Positions 19,827-30,600 of a stretch of 37,298 nucleotides of DNA are shown piece after piece. The position numbers were made by a program, and so were the translations under genes. The notes beneath the pieces were generated by a model. That model was not told where the DNA came from and searched no databases. It saw only the letters and a list, made by a program, of their open reading frames with translations. How positions within the stretch are numbered: the first letter of the stretch is position 1; each line of letters opens with the position of its first letter. The DNA is taken from the NCBI GenBank assembly GCA_900128395.1, contig LT649329.1, positions 1-37,298 of the forward strand, read 5' to 3'. Source of the stretch: Stramenopiles sp. TOSAG23-2 (lineage: Eukaryota).

Positions 19827-22025
19827 TCAAACGTCCAAATTATCTAAATTAATTTCATCTAATTCACTCATCGATTTGTCATGAGCATCATTACCTAATT
19901 TGTTGAGAACTTCATTTAAGAAGGTTTTCTGTGTAGTTATATGCGTGGAACCTATTATTACTTCACGTTTTGTTTCCTTCATAACTTTATGAAGACACCG
20001 CATTTCAGAATATGTCATACCACCAATTACAAAAACAATAACACGAGGACCTTTGAATTCGAGATCTAAACTTTCTTTTCGTTCTTTTGCTTTTCTTCCA
20101 TTCGTTTTACTATCGCCATCTTTACCGTGCATATTTAAATTCAATTTGTGCTTCCGTACGGACTTGACACCTTTTTTATGATGACTTGTGCTAGGAGTTG
20201 AATTTTTCCCACCTTTGAAAAAACTTGACATGAGTCCAGAGGATTTAGACTCTGAATTTGCATTTGGATCTTCCAGGTAACCAGGTGGTGGTGGGACGAC
20301 GAAAGAGAATTCATCTTCTGATAATTTATATTCAATATGATCTTTGACAACTTGATATATTTTAGGCTCTATTGTACGTACTACAAATGCATCTTTACCT
20401 GCCTTCATCAGGTCCAAGCGTTCTTTTATCTGGTCCTGATTTCGTTTAAGTTCTATTTTATCACGTATTGCAGGCTTTCCTTCTCTTCTAACTCGAACAC
20501 CAAGGTTACTAAAATTAACTAAATCGCTTACGTTCATTAAAGGCGGTTCGCATATTGTTTGCAATGCTTCTAGCTCTGTTAGCGACAAACCGTCGCTTTT
20601 TATCATGTATAGCGCTATCAGTCGTAATTTTTCTTTCATGGTAACTTCCACATCTCCTAATAGTGTTTTCAAAGTTTTCCATAACGCTGCATGTGAAACT
20701 GTTGCATATGATGTATCAGTTTCCTTCACACCAGTTGCTATTTCGGCTTCTAAATTACAAATTGGTATAAGGCGTTCAAACTCATTTAATAATCGTTGCA
20801 ATGCAGTTTGATTCGCATTGAGCGATATTTTCATTGCATTCAGTTTGTCTTGCTTCTTTGTCTGTTCTATCTGTCGTTTAAATTTCTCTGCTGAAGTTAA
20901 ACCTTCCGTGCTTACTTCCCCAAGGTATCTTTCTTGCAATTCTGTAAAATTATTCACTTGTCCAAATATATCATGGCGAATATCCATCCACACCTCATCG
21001 TCTTGATTATTTAATTTGTAATCAACCCTTTTTTTATCACCATTCATATATGAAAATGTTCCATCATTTGTTATTTCCAACGTATCCCAGTACACTGCTT
21101 GTACGGTCACTTCATGCATAAGAGGCGCAGCAAGATCTTCTCGACGATCTACAATGATCAAAGTTGATCGTTGCACGTCATCCCCACCATCCATACCATG
21201 GTACCAAAAATCATGGCATTCGCTTAAATGTTGATTCAAACGTTTTTGAACACTTTCCGCAATTGCTCGACTTTGACTATTATCATTGCGGTACCTAATT
21301 AATGGATATTCATGTAGCGACAAACACAAGGATAACAAGCGATTTACCATCAAATATTGGGATTCTGCCCGTTGGCGTTGATTCATGCCTTTTGAGTGCA
21401 AATCAACAAGCGTAGTTGGCATGTTAAGATGAAATACCTTTGGTTCAAATGGTATAGCATCTAAGTTAGCGTCTTCAACAGTTAGCAAGTGGTTCAACAA
21501 TCGTGGTGCTTTTCCCAATTCTTCAATTAAAGAGGTAGGTGCATGTGATGTGAAAAATATATGCACGCCATAATACATATTTCGCTTATTGTCATCTCCC
21601 GGAAAATCTTCCATAATTTTTTTCACGTTTTCAAGGGTAGGTGCGACAAAATAAATAGCTTCCATCAAAGGACTTGGTTCCCTTCTTCTTGCTAAACTTG
21701 TAACAATAGCAACGTTGCCATTTGGAAACAATAAATCAGATGTTTTTGCTATAGATCCAACAACTTTAGCACCATGTGCATCCAACACAAGCGTTAAACA
21801 TTCCCCATCGGGACAACATGGATTAATAATTTCCTTAATAAACCTATCTTTAAATGTGCTTCGCAAAATACCACTTTCCTCTCTTGTTTTTTTCCATGCT
21901 TTGGCTTTTGCAACTAGAGCAGCTCTTTCTTCACCACGCATTTGAACATCAGGAAAATATTCTTCAAAATCGCTTTCCATTTCTACTGATGGTACCATTC
22001 CACCACCTCCACATTGGTTCCCCAT
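19827..22025 (-). CDS. SEC1: Sec1/Munc18 (SM) family protein, Sec1/STXBP-like
   Basis: RRREPSPLMEAIYFVAPT, LCLSLHEYPLIRY, LIIVDRREDLAAPLMHEVTVQA, EKLRLIALY, PRVIVFVIGGMTYSEMR, EVIIGSTHI. Confidence 0.92.
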   Translation of the reverse strand: MGNQCGGGGMVPSVEMESDFEEYFPDVQMRGEERAALVAKAKAWKKTREESGILRSTFKDRFIKEIINPCCPDGECLTLVLDAHGAKVVGSIAKTSDLLFPNGNVAIVTSLARRREPSPLMEAIYFVAPTLENVKKIMEDFPGDDNKRNMYYGVHIFFTSHAPTSLIEELGKAPRLLNHLLTVEDANLDAIPFEPKVFHLNMPTTLVDLHSKGMNQRQRAESQYLMVNRLLSLCLSLHEYPLIRYRNDNSQSRAIAESVQKRLNQHLSECHDFWYHGMDGGDDVQRSTLIIVDRREDLAAPLMHEVTVQAVYWDTLEITNDGTFSYMNGDKKRVDYKLNNQDDEVWMDIRHDIFGQVNNFTELQERYLGEVSTEGLTSAEKFKRQIEQTKKQDKLNAMKISLNANQTALQRLLNEFERLIPICNLEAEIATGVKETDTSYATVSHAALWKTLKTLLGDVEVTMKEKLRLIALYMIKSDGLSLTELEALQTICEPPLMNVSDLVNFSNLGVRVRREGKPAIRDKIELKRNQDQIKERLDLMKAGKDAFVVRTIEPKIYQVVKDHIEYKLSEDEFSFVVPPPPGYLEDPNANSESKSSGLMSSFFKGGKNSTPSTSHHKKGVKSVRKHKLNLNMHGKDGDSKTNGRKAKERKESLDLEFKGPRVIVFVIGGMTYSEMRCLHKVMKETKREVIIGSTHITTQKTFLNEVLNKLGNDAHDKSMSELDEINLDNLDV

Positions 22026-23009
22026 ATTGTTTTTTCTTTTTATATATAATAAAATATATAAATAATGTGTATAAATATATATTATATTGTATATATTTCA
22101 AGTATTAAGAATTGATTACCACCTTGTATATATATATATATAATTATATATTATATATATAATTTTAAATAATAATTCATCATCAATATTATTTATGATT
22201 GCCAGATTGTTGTTGTTGCCAGAGTGCTGGAGTGCCAGATTGCCAGATGATTGCTGTGGACGACTTAGACTAGACACTTAGACTGTGGATTGTGGGATTA
22301 TTGCTGGATTGCCAGTATTGCTGGATTGGCATTTTGTTATGCCGTGGTTGCGCTCCGTGGGTGGGACACTGCGTACTTATGATATACTAAAGAATAGCTA
22401 ATATATCTATCAAATATATGAATATCTTGTATGTATGTATGTAGTAATACCATAATGGTCATGATGTATGTACCTTGTAAATAGATAATAATATCACAAT
22501 GCTAGCACTGAATACGAGATCCACTCACTATCCAGGCTGCTTTTCATCCCACAACAGCACACCAGCACACTGGCACACCAGCACACTACTTCTACAGTAT
22601 GACACTGGCACATCAGCCAGGACAGCCAGACAGCCGCCTCTCCTTTGTTGACACGAATTAGGTGGTCCAATCAAAATGTGATGAATGATTGATACTCTTC
22701 TTCTTGGACTTATAGTTGTTAGTACTGGAAGAACGATTTCAAAAAAAAAAATAATATATATTTAACAAAGATGTGAAGATATATGTGACATATCAAATTC
22801 TACATATTATCCTTCTTTATGTATTGTGACATCAATTTGATTTTGTTTTTTTTTTTTCCATTTAGAATTCTTATTAGTATATTATAAAGCTTCACACCTT
22901 CGTTTGTTTTGTTGTATTGTTGGTGGTATATTTTTATTATAATATATTTAATCTCTTTTAAAAAAAAAAAAAAAAAAAAGGGGTTTCATCAAAAAAAAAA
23001 AACTTAAAA

Positions 23010-23038
23010 NNNNNNNNNNNNNNNNNNNNNNNNNNNNN
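23010..23038. other. Assembly gap (29 N) within poly-A runs
   Basis: Run of N flanked by homopolymer A tracts. Confidence 0.99.
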
Positions 23039-23105
23039 TTTAAAAAAAAAAAAAAAAAAAAAGTGTGTCTATCAAAATAAAAAAAATAAAAAATAATTTA
23101 GTAGT

Positions 23106-26100
23106 ATGAAATTATTATTTTTTAGTTCATCCATCACTATCTGTTGCTACTTTTTGCTTTTTCTCTCTTCAGCGATTAATTTGATATGTTTTGCTAATTC
23201 ACAACCAGTGCAAACCAATTATGCTCCAGAAGCGACACCATTTAATAAAGAAGTTTGTAGTTATGAAGATTATCAACGCGCAGTTGAATTGTTTAATATT
23301 GGTAATAATTACCATATGGATAACGATGTAAAAAATGCTGAAATATATTATAACAAATCATTAAATTTTTTCCCATTATTTGGTGAAGCATATTTGAACC
23401 TAGGCAATATTTATAGAGGCGAGAGGTCATTATGGGCATATAAAAAAGCTGCAGAAGTTATTGGACCAAATAGCTTATGCCCAAACAGACCTTTGTATGC
23501 GAATGCAATGTCGAATATTGGTCACCATTTGGTTGAAGGACAAGGAAAAACAAAAGGATTAGATTATGAAAATATTCAACAAGCTATTGAATATTATAAA
23601 GAAGCATTGCGTTGGGTACCAGAGCATCATGCCACTTGGTATAATTTAGGAATAGCATTTGAAAAGCAAGGATTCAGGCAAGAAGCATTCAATGCATACA
23701 ATGAAGTGTTAAAGTATGTTCCTGAACATACCGGTGCAAATTTAAATATTGGAAATTTATTAATGTATGGCGGATATCATAATGCGTCCTTAAAATTTCA
23801 TGAAAGGGTATTGCAAAGCCCAACTGTTAATACTTGGTATAAAGTAGCGACGTTAAACAATATGGCAGAGACGTACAGATTTTTGAATGACGTTGAATCT
23901 TCATTGAAAACAAATAAAAGGGCGTTAGAATTAGAACCAGGCAATACGCATACAATCTTTAGTATTTACAAAACGAAACGTACGTTGATTGATTGGGAAG
24001 GTATAGAAGATGAAATTGATTTTATGATTCATCTAACTAGAACACAGTTAAAAAATGGGCCAAATTGCACGATGTTGCCATATGATTACACGTTAATGCC
24101 AGTGCATAAAAGAGATTTATTAGACGTTGCAGCTGCAAACACATATATATATGATGGCTTAGTACATCCACCAAGGGATCCTAGTAAGGACCATTTGGTT
24201 GGAATTAAATTTCAACAACAACAACAACCGAAACGACATAAATTAATTGTAGGTTACACTGGATACGACTTTAATAATCATCCAATGGGACATTTGACAT
24301 GCGGTGTGTTAGAAATGCATGATCGTAGTATTTTTGGCGTCTCTTGTTACCCATATGGTTCCGATGATTTGTCAGAACAACGAAGACGGATTGTCAAAGC
24401 GTGTGACCATTTCGAAAATGTAACAATGATAGCCGATTTTAAAATTGCATCGTTAATGTCTGGACAGGGCGTTCATATAGCAATCGATTTAATGGCCCAT
24501 ACACGTGGTACGAGATTAGGTGTAGCAGCATATCACCCGGGTGCCATATTGGTGAATTATCTGGGATATCCAGGCACGATAGGCACAAAACGATATGCTG
24601 AATATATCATTGTTGATCGTCATATAGTTGTTCCTGAAACTGCAACTGATGAAGTAAGTGAAAAGCCTGTCTATTTACCACATCATTATCAAGCAAATGA
24701 TTTTCCCCTGTTCACAGATTATTGTGATGGTGTTTCGACTAGATTGGTCACCCCAGAGTTTGAACGAATAAATGATGAAGCAGTTAATATGTATTGTCCT
24801 GGTGGATCTAAATATTCAGAAAAACGTGCTGTAGAAGGATTACCAACTAGTGACGATGCAGTTGTAATGTGCAATTTTAATACTATCGATAAGTTGGAAC
24901 AACAAATTTATTCTATATGGATGTCTATATTATCGCGTGTGCCAAATAGCGTCTTGTGGTTATTAGCACCTCAAGGAAAAACTGGAGATACAGTTCGTAG
25001 AAATTTTTATCGCGAAGCACAACAGCTTGGAATTGATAAGGAAAGGCTTATTATTGCTCGACGCGTTCCTAAATTCGATCATTTAGATCGATATAGATAT
25101 TGTGATGTGTTTCTTGATACTTTTCTATATAACGCCCATAGCACAGCATCTGACGCTTTATGGGCGTTTGTTCCATTAGTAACCTTTGAAGGAGAAGCAT
25201 TTCAAAGTCGTGTAGCTGCTGATTTGTTGTATAGTATCGGTTTAGATGAATTAGTCGCGCATTCGAGACGATCATTTGAAGATATTGCTGTCAAAGTGGG
25301 CAAAAGCAAATCCTTGCGTAGATCCATTCGCAACAAGCTGGCTGCAAATGCTCTAACGTATCCATTATTTGATACAAGACGAATAACTATTAATTTGGAA
25401 CGTTCCTATGAGATTATGTGGGAAGTAAAAGAAACCTTTAAGTTGAAGGCACAAAATATAGTTGTTGCGCCTAATGATCCAATGATTGCAAATACTAAAT
25501 TGATAAATACGCGTTTTGAAAAGGAAGTGGAGAAAGCTATGACGCTTCAAGCATCTGGAAATTTAACGTCTGCTGGAAATATTTATCGTAGATTATTACA
25601 CGTTGATCCCTTCAATACCAATGTTTGGCATTTACTTGGTATATTAAGACATTCGCAAGGATTTAGCGAAACTGGTAAAAGTTTTATTACACATGCAATT
25701 TATTTACAAGAACAGAACGGTCAACAATTTGTAAGCTTATTTCACCACAATTTAGTTGAAGTATGTCGCAGCGTTGGTGATATCGAATGTGCATTACGTA
25801 GCTTAGTGCTAACATGGGATAACCAAGATGTAAATTTGGATAATACTAAAACTGTATTGCACGATCTTGTGCAACTAGGAGAGCATGATGCAGTTATTAG
25901 CTTTTATAAAGCGTATGGTCACCACTTGTTATTGCCAGAACGTGTTGCAACTGACAGCCATAATACAGTCAGTGAAATATTGACTCTTTTTTCCATTGGT
26001 TATGCTGCAAAACACCAAGCAGATGGTATTTCAGGAAATGGTGGCGGTGTACCGCAAATATGTTTTGAATTATTGTCGTATGCTTTGCGCATGGATCCAA

Positions 26101-27503
26101 ATTATCCACGACCATGGCAAAAGCTTGCCATCATGTACGATTCTAAAGAGGAATTTAGGACTGCATTTCGTATTTATACAAACATGATGATGTTGCAAAA
26201 TAGGATATACATGCAGCAAGTAAATATGGACCCAGCTTTGATTTATATGAAGCAAATGAAACATCAAGTTCAGCTTGCTAGACAATCTGCAAATCAGAAT
26301 GGGAAGAAAATTGTTGTAATTTATTGTAATGAATATGAACAAACTTGGTGGCCAAATTGGGGCCCAAATTCAATGGATACTGGTGGTGTTGGTGGATCAG
26401 AAGAAGCCGTGATTTTCTTATCGAAGGAATTGCATCAAATATATGGCTATCATGTCGAAGTATACGGAGAAGCATTGCCAAAGGATTGGGGAGAACATGA
26501 AAAAACTGGAGTATGGTGGTTACCACATCAAATATACGATGCAACGAATCCGGAAATAAAACCTGATATCTTCGTTGCATGGAGATATCATATTTCTACT
26601 GTATTAGGTGATATAGCAAAACAACGATATTTATGGTTGCAAGATGTATCCCCTCGATACAAAATCGGCTATACAAATGAATATGTAGACACTCTATCTG
26701 GAATTTTCCCTTTAAGTCATTTTCATGGTAGACTTGGACTGTCCGATTATGCGGTCAAAACAAAATCTCACGTAACACCCAACGCATTAGACCCAAAATA
26801 TTTCTACAACGGCCCAAATCATAACCACAATTTTATTTATGCAAGTGCACCTAATCGTGGCTTAGAAATTGTGTTGCGCGCATGGCCTTACATAAAAGCG
26901 GCTCTGCCAAATGCAAAGTTGGAAGTTTACTATGGGTTTTCCAAATCATTCATGAAGTTTGGAAAAAATACTATTCCACAGTTTGATTTATGGTATGCGG
27001 AAATGTTGAAATTGTTGAAGCATGATGGCATAACTTATGTTGGTATGGCAGATCATCACAAATTAGCACAAGGGTATGTCAACGCCGGGTTTTATCTTTA
27101 TCCAACTCACTACCCAGAAACTGGATGTGTAGCATTAATGAAAGCACAAGCATTAGGAGCTATACCTATTACAAGTAGACATTATGATTCAACTTTGCCG
27201 GAGTTAGTAGGGGAATTTGATTTAGGTCCACCAATGACTGAGCGACGCAAAAAAATGAGAATTCATGAAGACCCTACATGGATCGATGATTGGGTTAATT
27301 CTGTAATCAATACGGGGAAGATGGATCCAAATAAGATAAAATTGCATCGTGAAAAAATGATGAAACATGCACGGCATACATTTTTATGGAGTACAGTAGC
27401 TGGTTTGTGGCATCAAAACTTTGTGAAAGGTGGTGTTAATGGTGGGGCAAAAAAGTCATTTGCTGAAACATTCCCTGCTATTACTTCTATTACAATGTCG
27501 TAG
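23106..27503 (+). CDS. Signal peptide + TPR + GT41 (OGT-like) + TPR + GT4-like glycosyltransferase fusion
   Basis: Hydrophobic N-terminus. TPRs (EAYLNLGNIY, ATWYNLGIAF, ANLNIGNLL). GT41 motifs IVGYTGYDFNNHPMGHL, IAIDLMAHT, NYLGYPGTIG, CNFNTIDKL, DVFLDTFLYNAHSTASDALW. Second TPR block (NVWHLLGIL). GT-B/GT4-like motifs GVGGSEEAV, FIYASAPNRGL, YLYPTHYPETGCVALMKAQALGAIPITS. Confidence 0.9.
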   Translation: MKLLFFSSSITICCYFLLFLSSAINLICFANSQPVQTNYAPEATPFNKEVCSYEDYQRAVELFNIGNNYHMDNDVKNAEIYYNKSLNFFPLFGEAYLNLGNIYRGERSLWAYKKAAEVIGPNSLCPNRPLYANAMSNIGHHLVEGQGKTKGLDYENIQQAIEYYKEALRWVPEHHATWYNLGIAFEKQGFRQEAFNAYNEVLKYVPEHTGANLNIGNLLMYGGYHNASLKFHERVLQSPTVNTWYKVATLNNMAETYRFLNDVESSLKTNKRALELEPGNTHTIFSIYKTKRTLIDWEGIEDEIDFMIHLTRTQLKNGPNCTMLPYDYTLMPVHKRDLLDVAAANTYIYDGLVHPPRDPSKDHLVGIKFQQQQQPKRHKLIVGYTGYDFNNHPMGHLTCGVLEMHDRSIFGVSCYPYGSDDLSEQRRRIVKACDHFENVTMIADFKIASLMSGQGVHIAIDLMAHTRGTRLGVAAYHPGAILVNYLGYPGTIGTKRYAEYIIVDRHIVVPETATDEVSEKPVYLPHHYQANDFPLFTDYCDGVSTRLVTPEFERINDEAVNMYCPGGSKYSEKRAVEGLPTSDDAVVMCNFNTIDKLEQQIYSIWMSILSRVPNSVLWLLAPQGKTGDTVRRNFYREAQQLGIDKERLIIARRVPKFDHLDRYRYCDVFLDTFLYNAHSTASDALWAFVPLVTFEGEAFQSRVAADLLYSIGLDELVAHSRRSFEDIAVKVGKSKSLRRSIRNKLAANALTYPLFDTRRITINLERSYEIMWEVKETFKLKAQNIVVAPNDPMIANTKLINTRFEKEVEKAMTLQASGNLTSAGNIYRRLLHVDPFNTNVWHLLGILRHSQGFSETGKSFITHAIYLQEQNGQQFVSLFHHNLVEVCRSVGDIECALRSLVLTWDNQDVNLDNTKTVLHDLVQLGEHDAVISFYKAYGHHLLLPERVATDSHNTVSEILTLFSIGYAAKHQADGISGNGGGVPQICFELLSYALRMDPNYPRPWQKLAIMYDSKEEFRTAFRIYTNMMMLQNRIYMQQVNMDPALIYMKQMKHQVQLARQSANQNGKKIVVIYCNEYEQTWWPNWGPNSMDTGGVGGSEEAVIFLSKELHQIYGYHVEVYGEALPKDWGEHEKTGVWWLPHQIYDATNPEIKPDIFVAWRYHISTVLGDIAKQRYLWLQDVSPRYKIGYTNEYVDTLSGIFPLSHFHGRLGLSDYAVKTKSHVTPNALDPKYFYNGPNHNHNFIYASAPNRGLEIVLRAWPYIKAALPNAKLEVYYGFSKSFMKFGKNTIPQFDLWYAEMLKLLKHDGITYVGMADHHKLAQGYVNAGFYLYPTHYPETGCVALMKAQALGAIPITSRHYDSTLPELVGEFDLGPPMTERRKKMRIHEDPTWIDDWVNSVINTGKMDPNKIKLHREKMMKHARHTFLWSTVAGLWHQNFVKGGVNGGAKKSFAETFPAITSITMS

Positions 27504-27620
27504 AAAATGTTTTCTGTGGAGTTATGAATTGAAAAAAAAAAAATATTAAATGAGATAGAGAGAGGAATAACCAATATTTATATAAAAAATATACGAGTCG
27601 TAAATTCAATAAAAAAAAAT

Positions 27621-30600
27621 TTAATGCCCTCTTACTCTTGCATCATGCAAAGCAATTTTTGCATCATGTAATTTGTTTTGAATCTTTTTGTATTCATCCA
27701 ACGTAGAATTGTATTCCCCTAATGCTTCTTCGTAACTTAAATTATTACTCGTATTACTAGATGAAGGCAAACCAAAATAACGTTGGTTTTTTTCAAAAGT
27801 TTCATTTCTCATCAATAATGAATGTGAACTTAATGAACTGTTTTGTCCCATTTCGCTATCATATAATGCAAAACCACCAGGGGCAACTAAACTATTTTTG
27901 CCAAGGTTTACATGTCCAGTTTTATAAAATCGGTCTTCATATAAGTGTGTTTGCAAAGTCCCACCAGTCACAACACTATTATCACCAATGTGAGTTAAAT
28001 CATGCTCCATGAACGTAGCACCAAACAAAAATACATTCTCCCCAATGTCTACACCAAACAATCTATAAATTATATTGATCACTGGCGTACCATCAAACAC
28101 TCTTACCGCACCGCGCATAAATATTTCCATTTCATAGGAAATATCACTACGCCATATAAAACAAGACCACATTGGAACTTGAATTGGGCGATATTTGCAA
28201 ACAACTAACCATTTTCCTAATGCGCAAACCAATACGATGACAATTGCATATGTCAATGAAATTAGCAACCACCAGGAAAATTTAATCCAAAATGACAAAT
28301 ACAATAAATTATCAGAGGTTTCAACATCAAATTGATTGTCGACATAATTGAAAATATACATGTAAAGCAACATGATGGCAAAAATCATTGTCATTTGAGT
28401 GATGATTTTGATCAAATTCATCACAAGTCTCAATATTCGCATATAAAATGGCGGATTAAATGTCAAATCAGTTTCAGTTGATTGCATCTCGTTTCTCCAA
28501 ACTTTCCTACTAGGAAGCTTAAAAGAGGGGCTACCTAAATATGTAGACCCTTGTTCCATGTTTTTTGGGCTGACACTCATTACACCTAACAATGTATTGC
28601 CTTTTATCATACTTCCTTGTGGAACTACACTCATATTGCCTAGAAACGTTTTTTCACCTAACGAGGAACGGCGTAAAAGCAATTGTCCATAATAAACGGG
28701 AGCAATTCCAAGTAATGCACCACCATTAATCATGCAATGTTTACCACAATGTACTAGTTCTGGTTTTGGACCCCAATTTGATACATCGATTTCACTTCCT
28801 TCACCTACATCCATACCCATACCATACCGTAATGTGAAACGCATAAATACGGTTTCTGTTAGGCCTCTTGATGGCCCTGTCATCAACATGCGAATTGCGT
28901 ATTGTGCTACAAACCTACGTAAATATTCAAAGGAATCTAATGTGACTAGTCCTTCATATTGTGAATTTCCACTTACCACACGTTTTACAAGACATAGAAA
29001 AAAAACGGTAAGAAATTGTTGAATAAGCGCACACAACGGGACCCATTTAAACAATGGTAAACAATCAAAGTTCAATAATGCTGTTTGGAAACTTGGAACC
29101 GTGTAATAAAGCAATCCAACCGGTGCAATGAAAGCTATGCTAAATAACATCATTTGGATTGCTAAAATAAATAATATACCAATTTGAACAAAAAATGAAC
29201 CGCAGGTAGACTGTTGTTGTGAGTTTGATTTCAAGTTCATTAATTGTCGTTTTAAAGGACTTGTCGTCGATGAGTTATTTTTTATCATCTTTCCTGGTGC
29301 ACCTTGAATTTCAGTGTTTTTTTCATAATTTGAAAATTTCGCCGTAATTGTTAATGGGTGGACAATCGTATCATCCCCAACAATACTTCCTAATGCAATT
29401 GTCGATCTTTCTCCAACATAGACATTATTGCCTATTTTAATTTTTCGTAACTTTAAAATATGTTTTTCTACTACCCATGTTTGTATGACAGCATCAGGTT
29501 GCAATGTAACGTTATTTCCAATTTCAACTAAATCAGTTTCAAAAAATGGCGTACATGCAAGGTATACATTTTCCCCAATTTTTGAACCTAATAATCGCGA
29601 TGAAAGAACAGCTAGAGAATGACCAGGCAAAAATAATGGATTTATTACCATTCTATGAAGCAACCACCATTTAAAATAATTCAGGCTGTAAAGCGGGTAA
29701 TCCGCCTCCTTAATACGCCCAATAAAAAACCACTTTATAAAAACTGCTTGTAAAAACAAAATAGGCGGGATAACCACTGGAACGCAAATGAGTTGAACGA
29801 AATATACCCAAGTTGGTACATTGTTCAAGACAAATTGCTGCACTAGCATTACTAGGTTCAATAACAAAGCAAACCATATATATACCATCATTTGTAAAAA
29901 TACTACCAAAAACTTTCGTCGCTTGTTGTAAAATGAATCCAATTCTGTAGTTCTTAATAATGGAATAGTGTTGACATCAGCACCTATATCAAATCCTTTT
30001 ATTCCTATTTTTGTTTCAACTATGCATGAATCGATATATGCTGATAAAGCACGCGGTGAGGTATATTCATATACATCTTTCATTTTTAAAAAACTCCAGT
30101 TTTTTTCATTACGACATTTTGATATTAACAATGCCCCAGATACTGAATTGAATCCATAGTCAAAAATATTTTCTGCCATTGGTATTTTAATTTGCAAAAT
30201 GTTTAATAATATGTTGGCAATGTAATGTTCCGTGCTTGTTTTTGGTTGACTGTCCTTACTTTCTCCTACACTATCATCCCCAAATGACAAACGTGGATCA
30301 ACCAATAGCTCAAGCGTACTCCAATAAGGTAATTTACCTCGTAGCACTTTCCCACTAATGTTGCTATGTGGAATTTCATCTACTGTGATTCTAACAAAAG
30401 CATTTGGTATCATGTATTTCGGCAAAACTGTTTTTAAATATCGCCTAGCATCTGTTGGATTGAAACTTGTTTCATCCGAAGTTACAATAAATGCCACAAG
30501 CTCCTGCGCATTTGATACTGGGTTTTTTTGAACAGCTACAACAACAGATTTGCAACCTTCGACTCCACTTATATGCGTTTCAATATCTTCTAATTCTACA

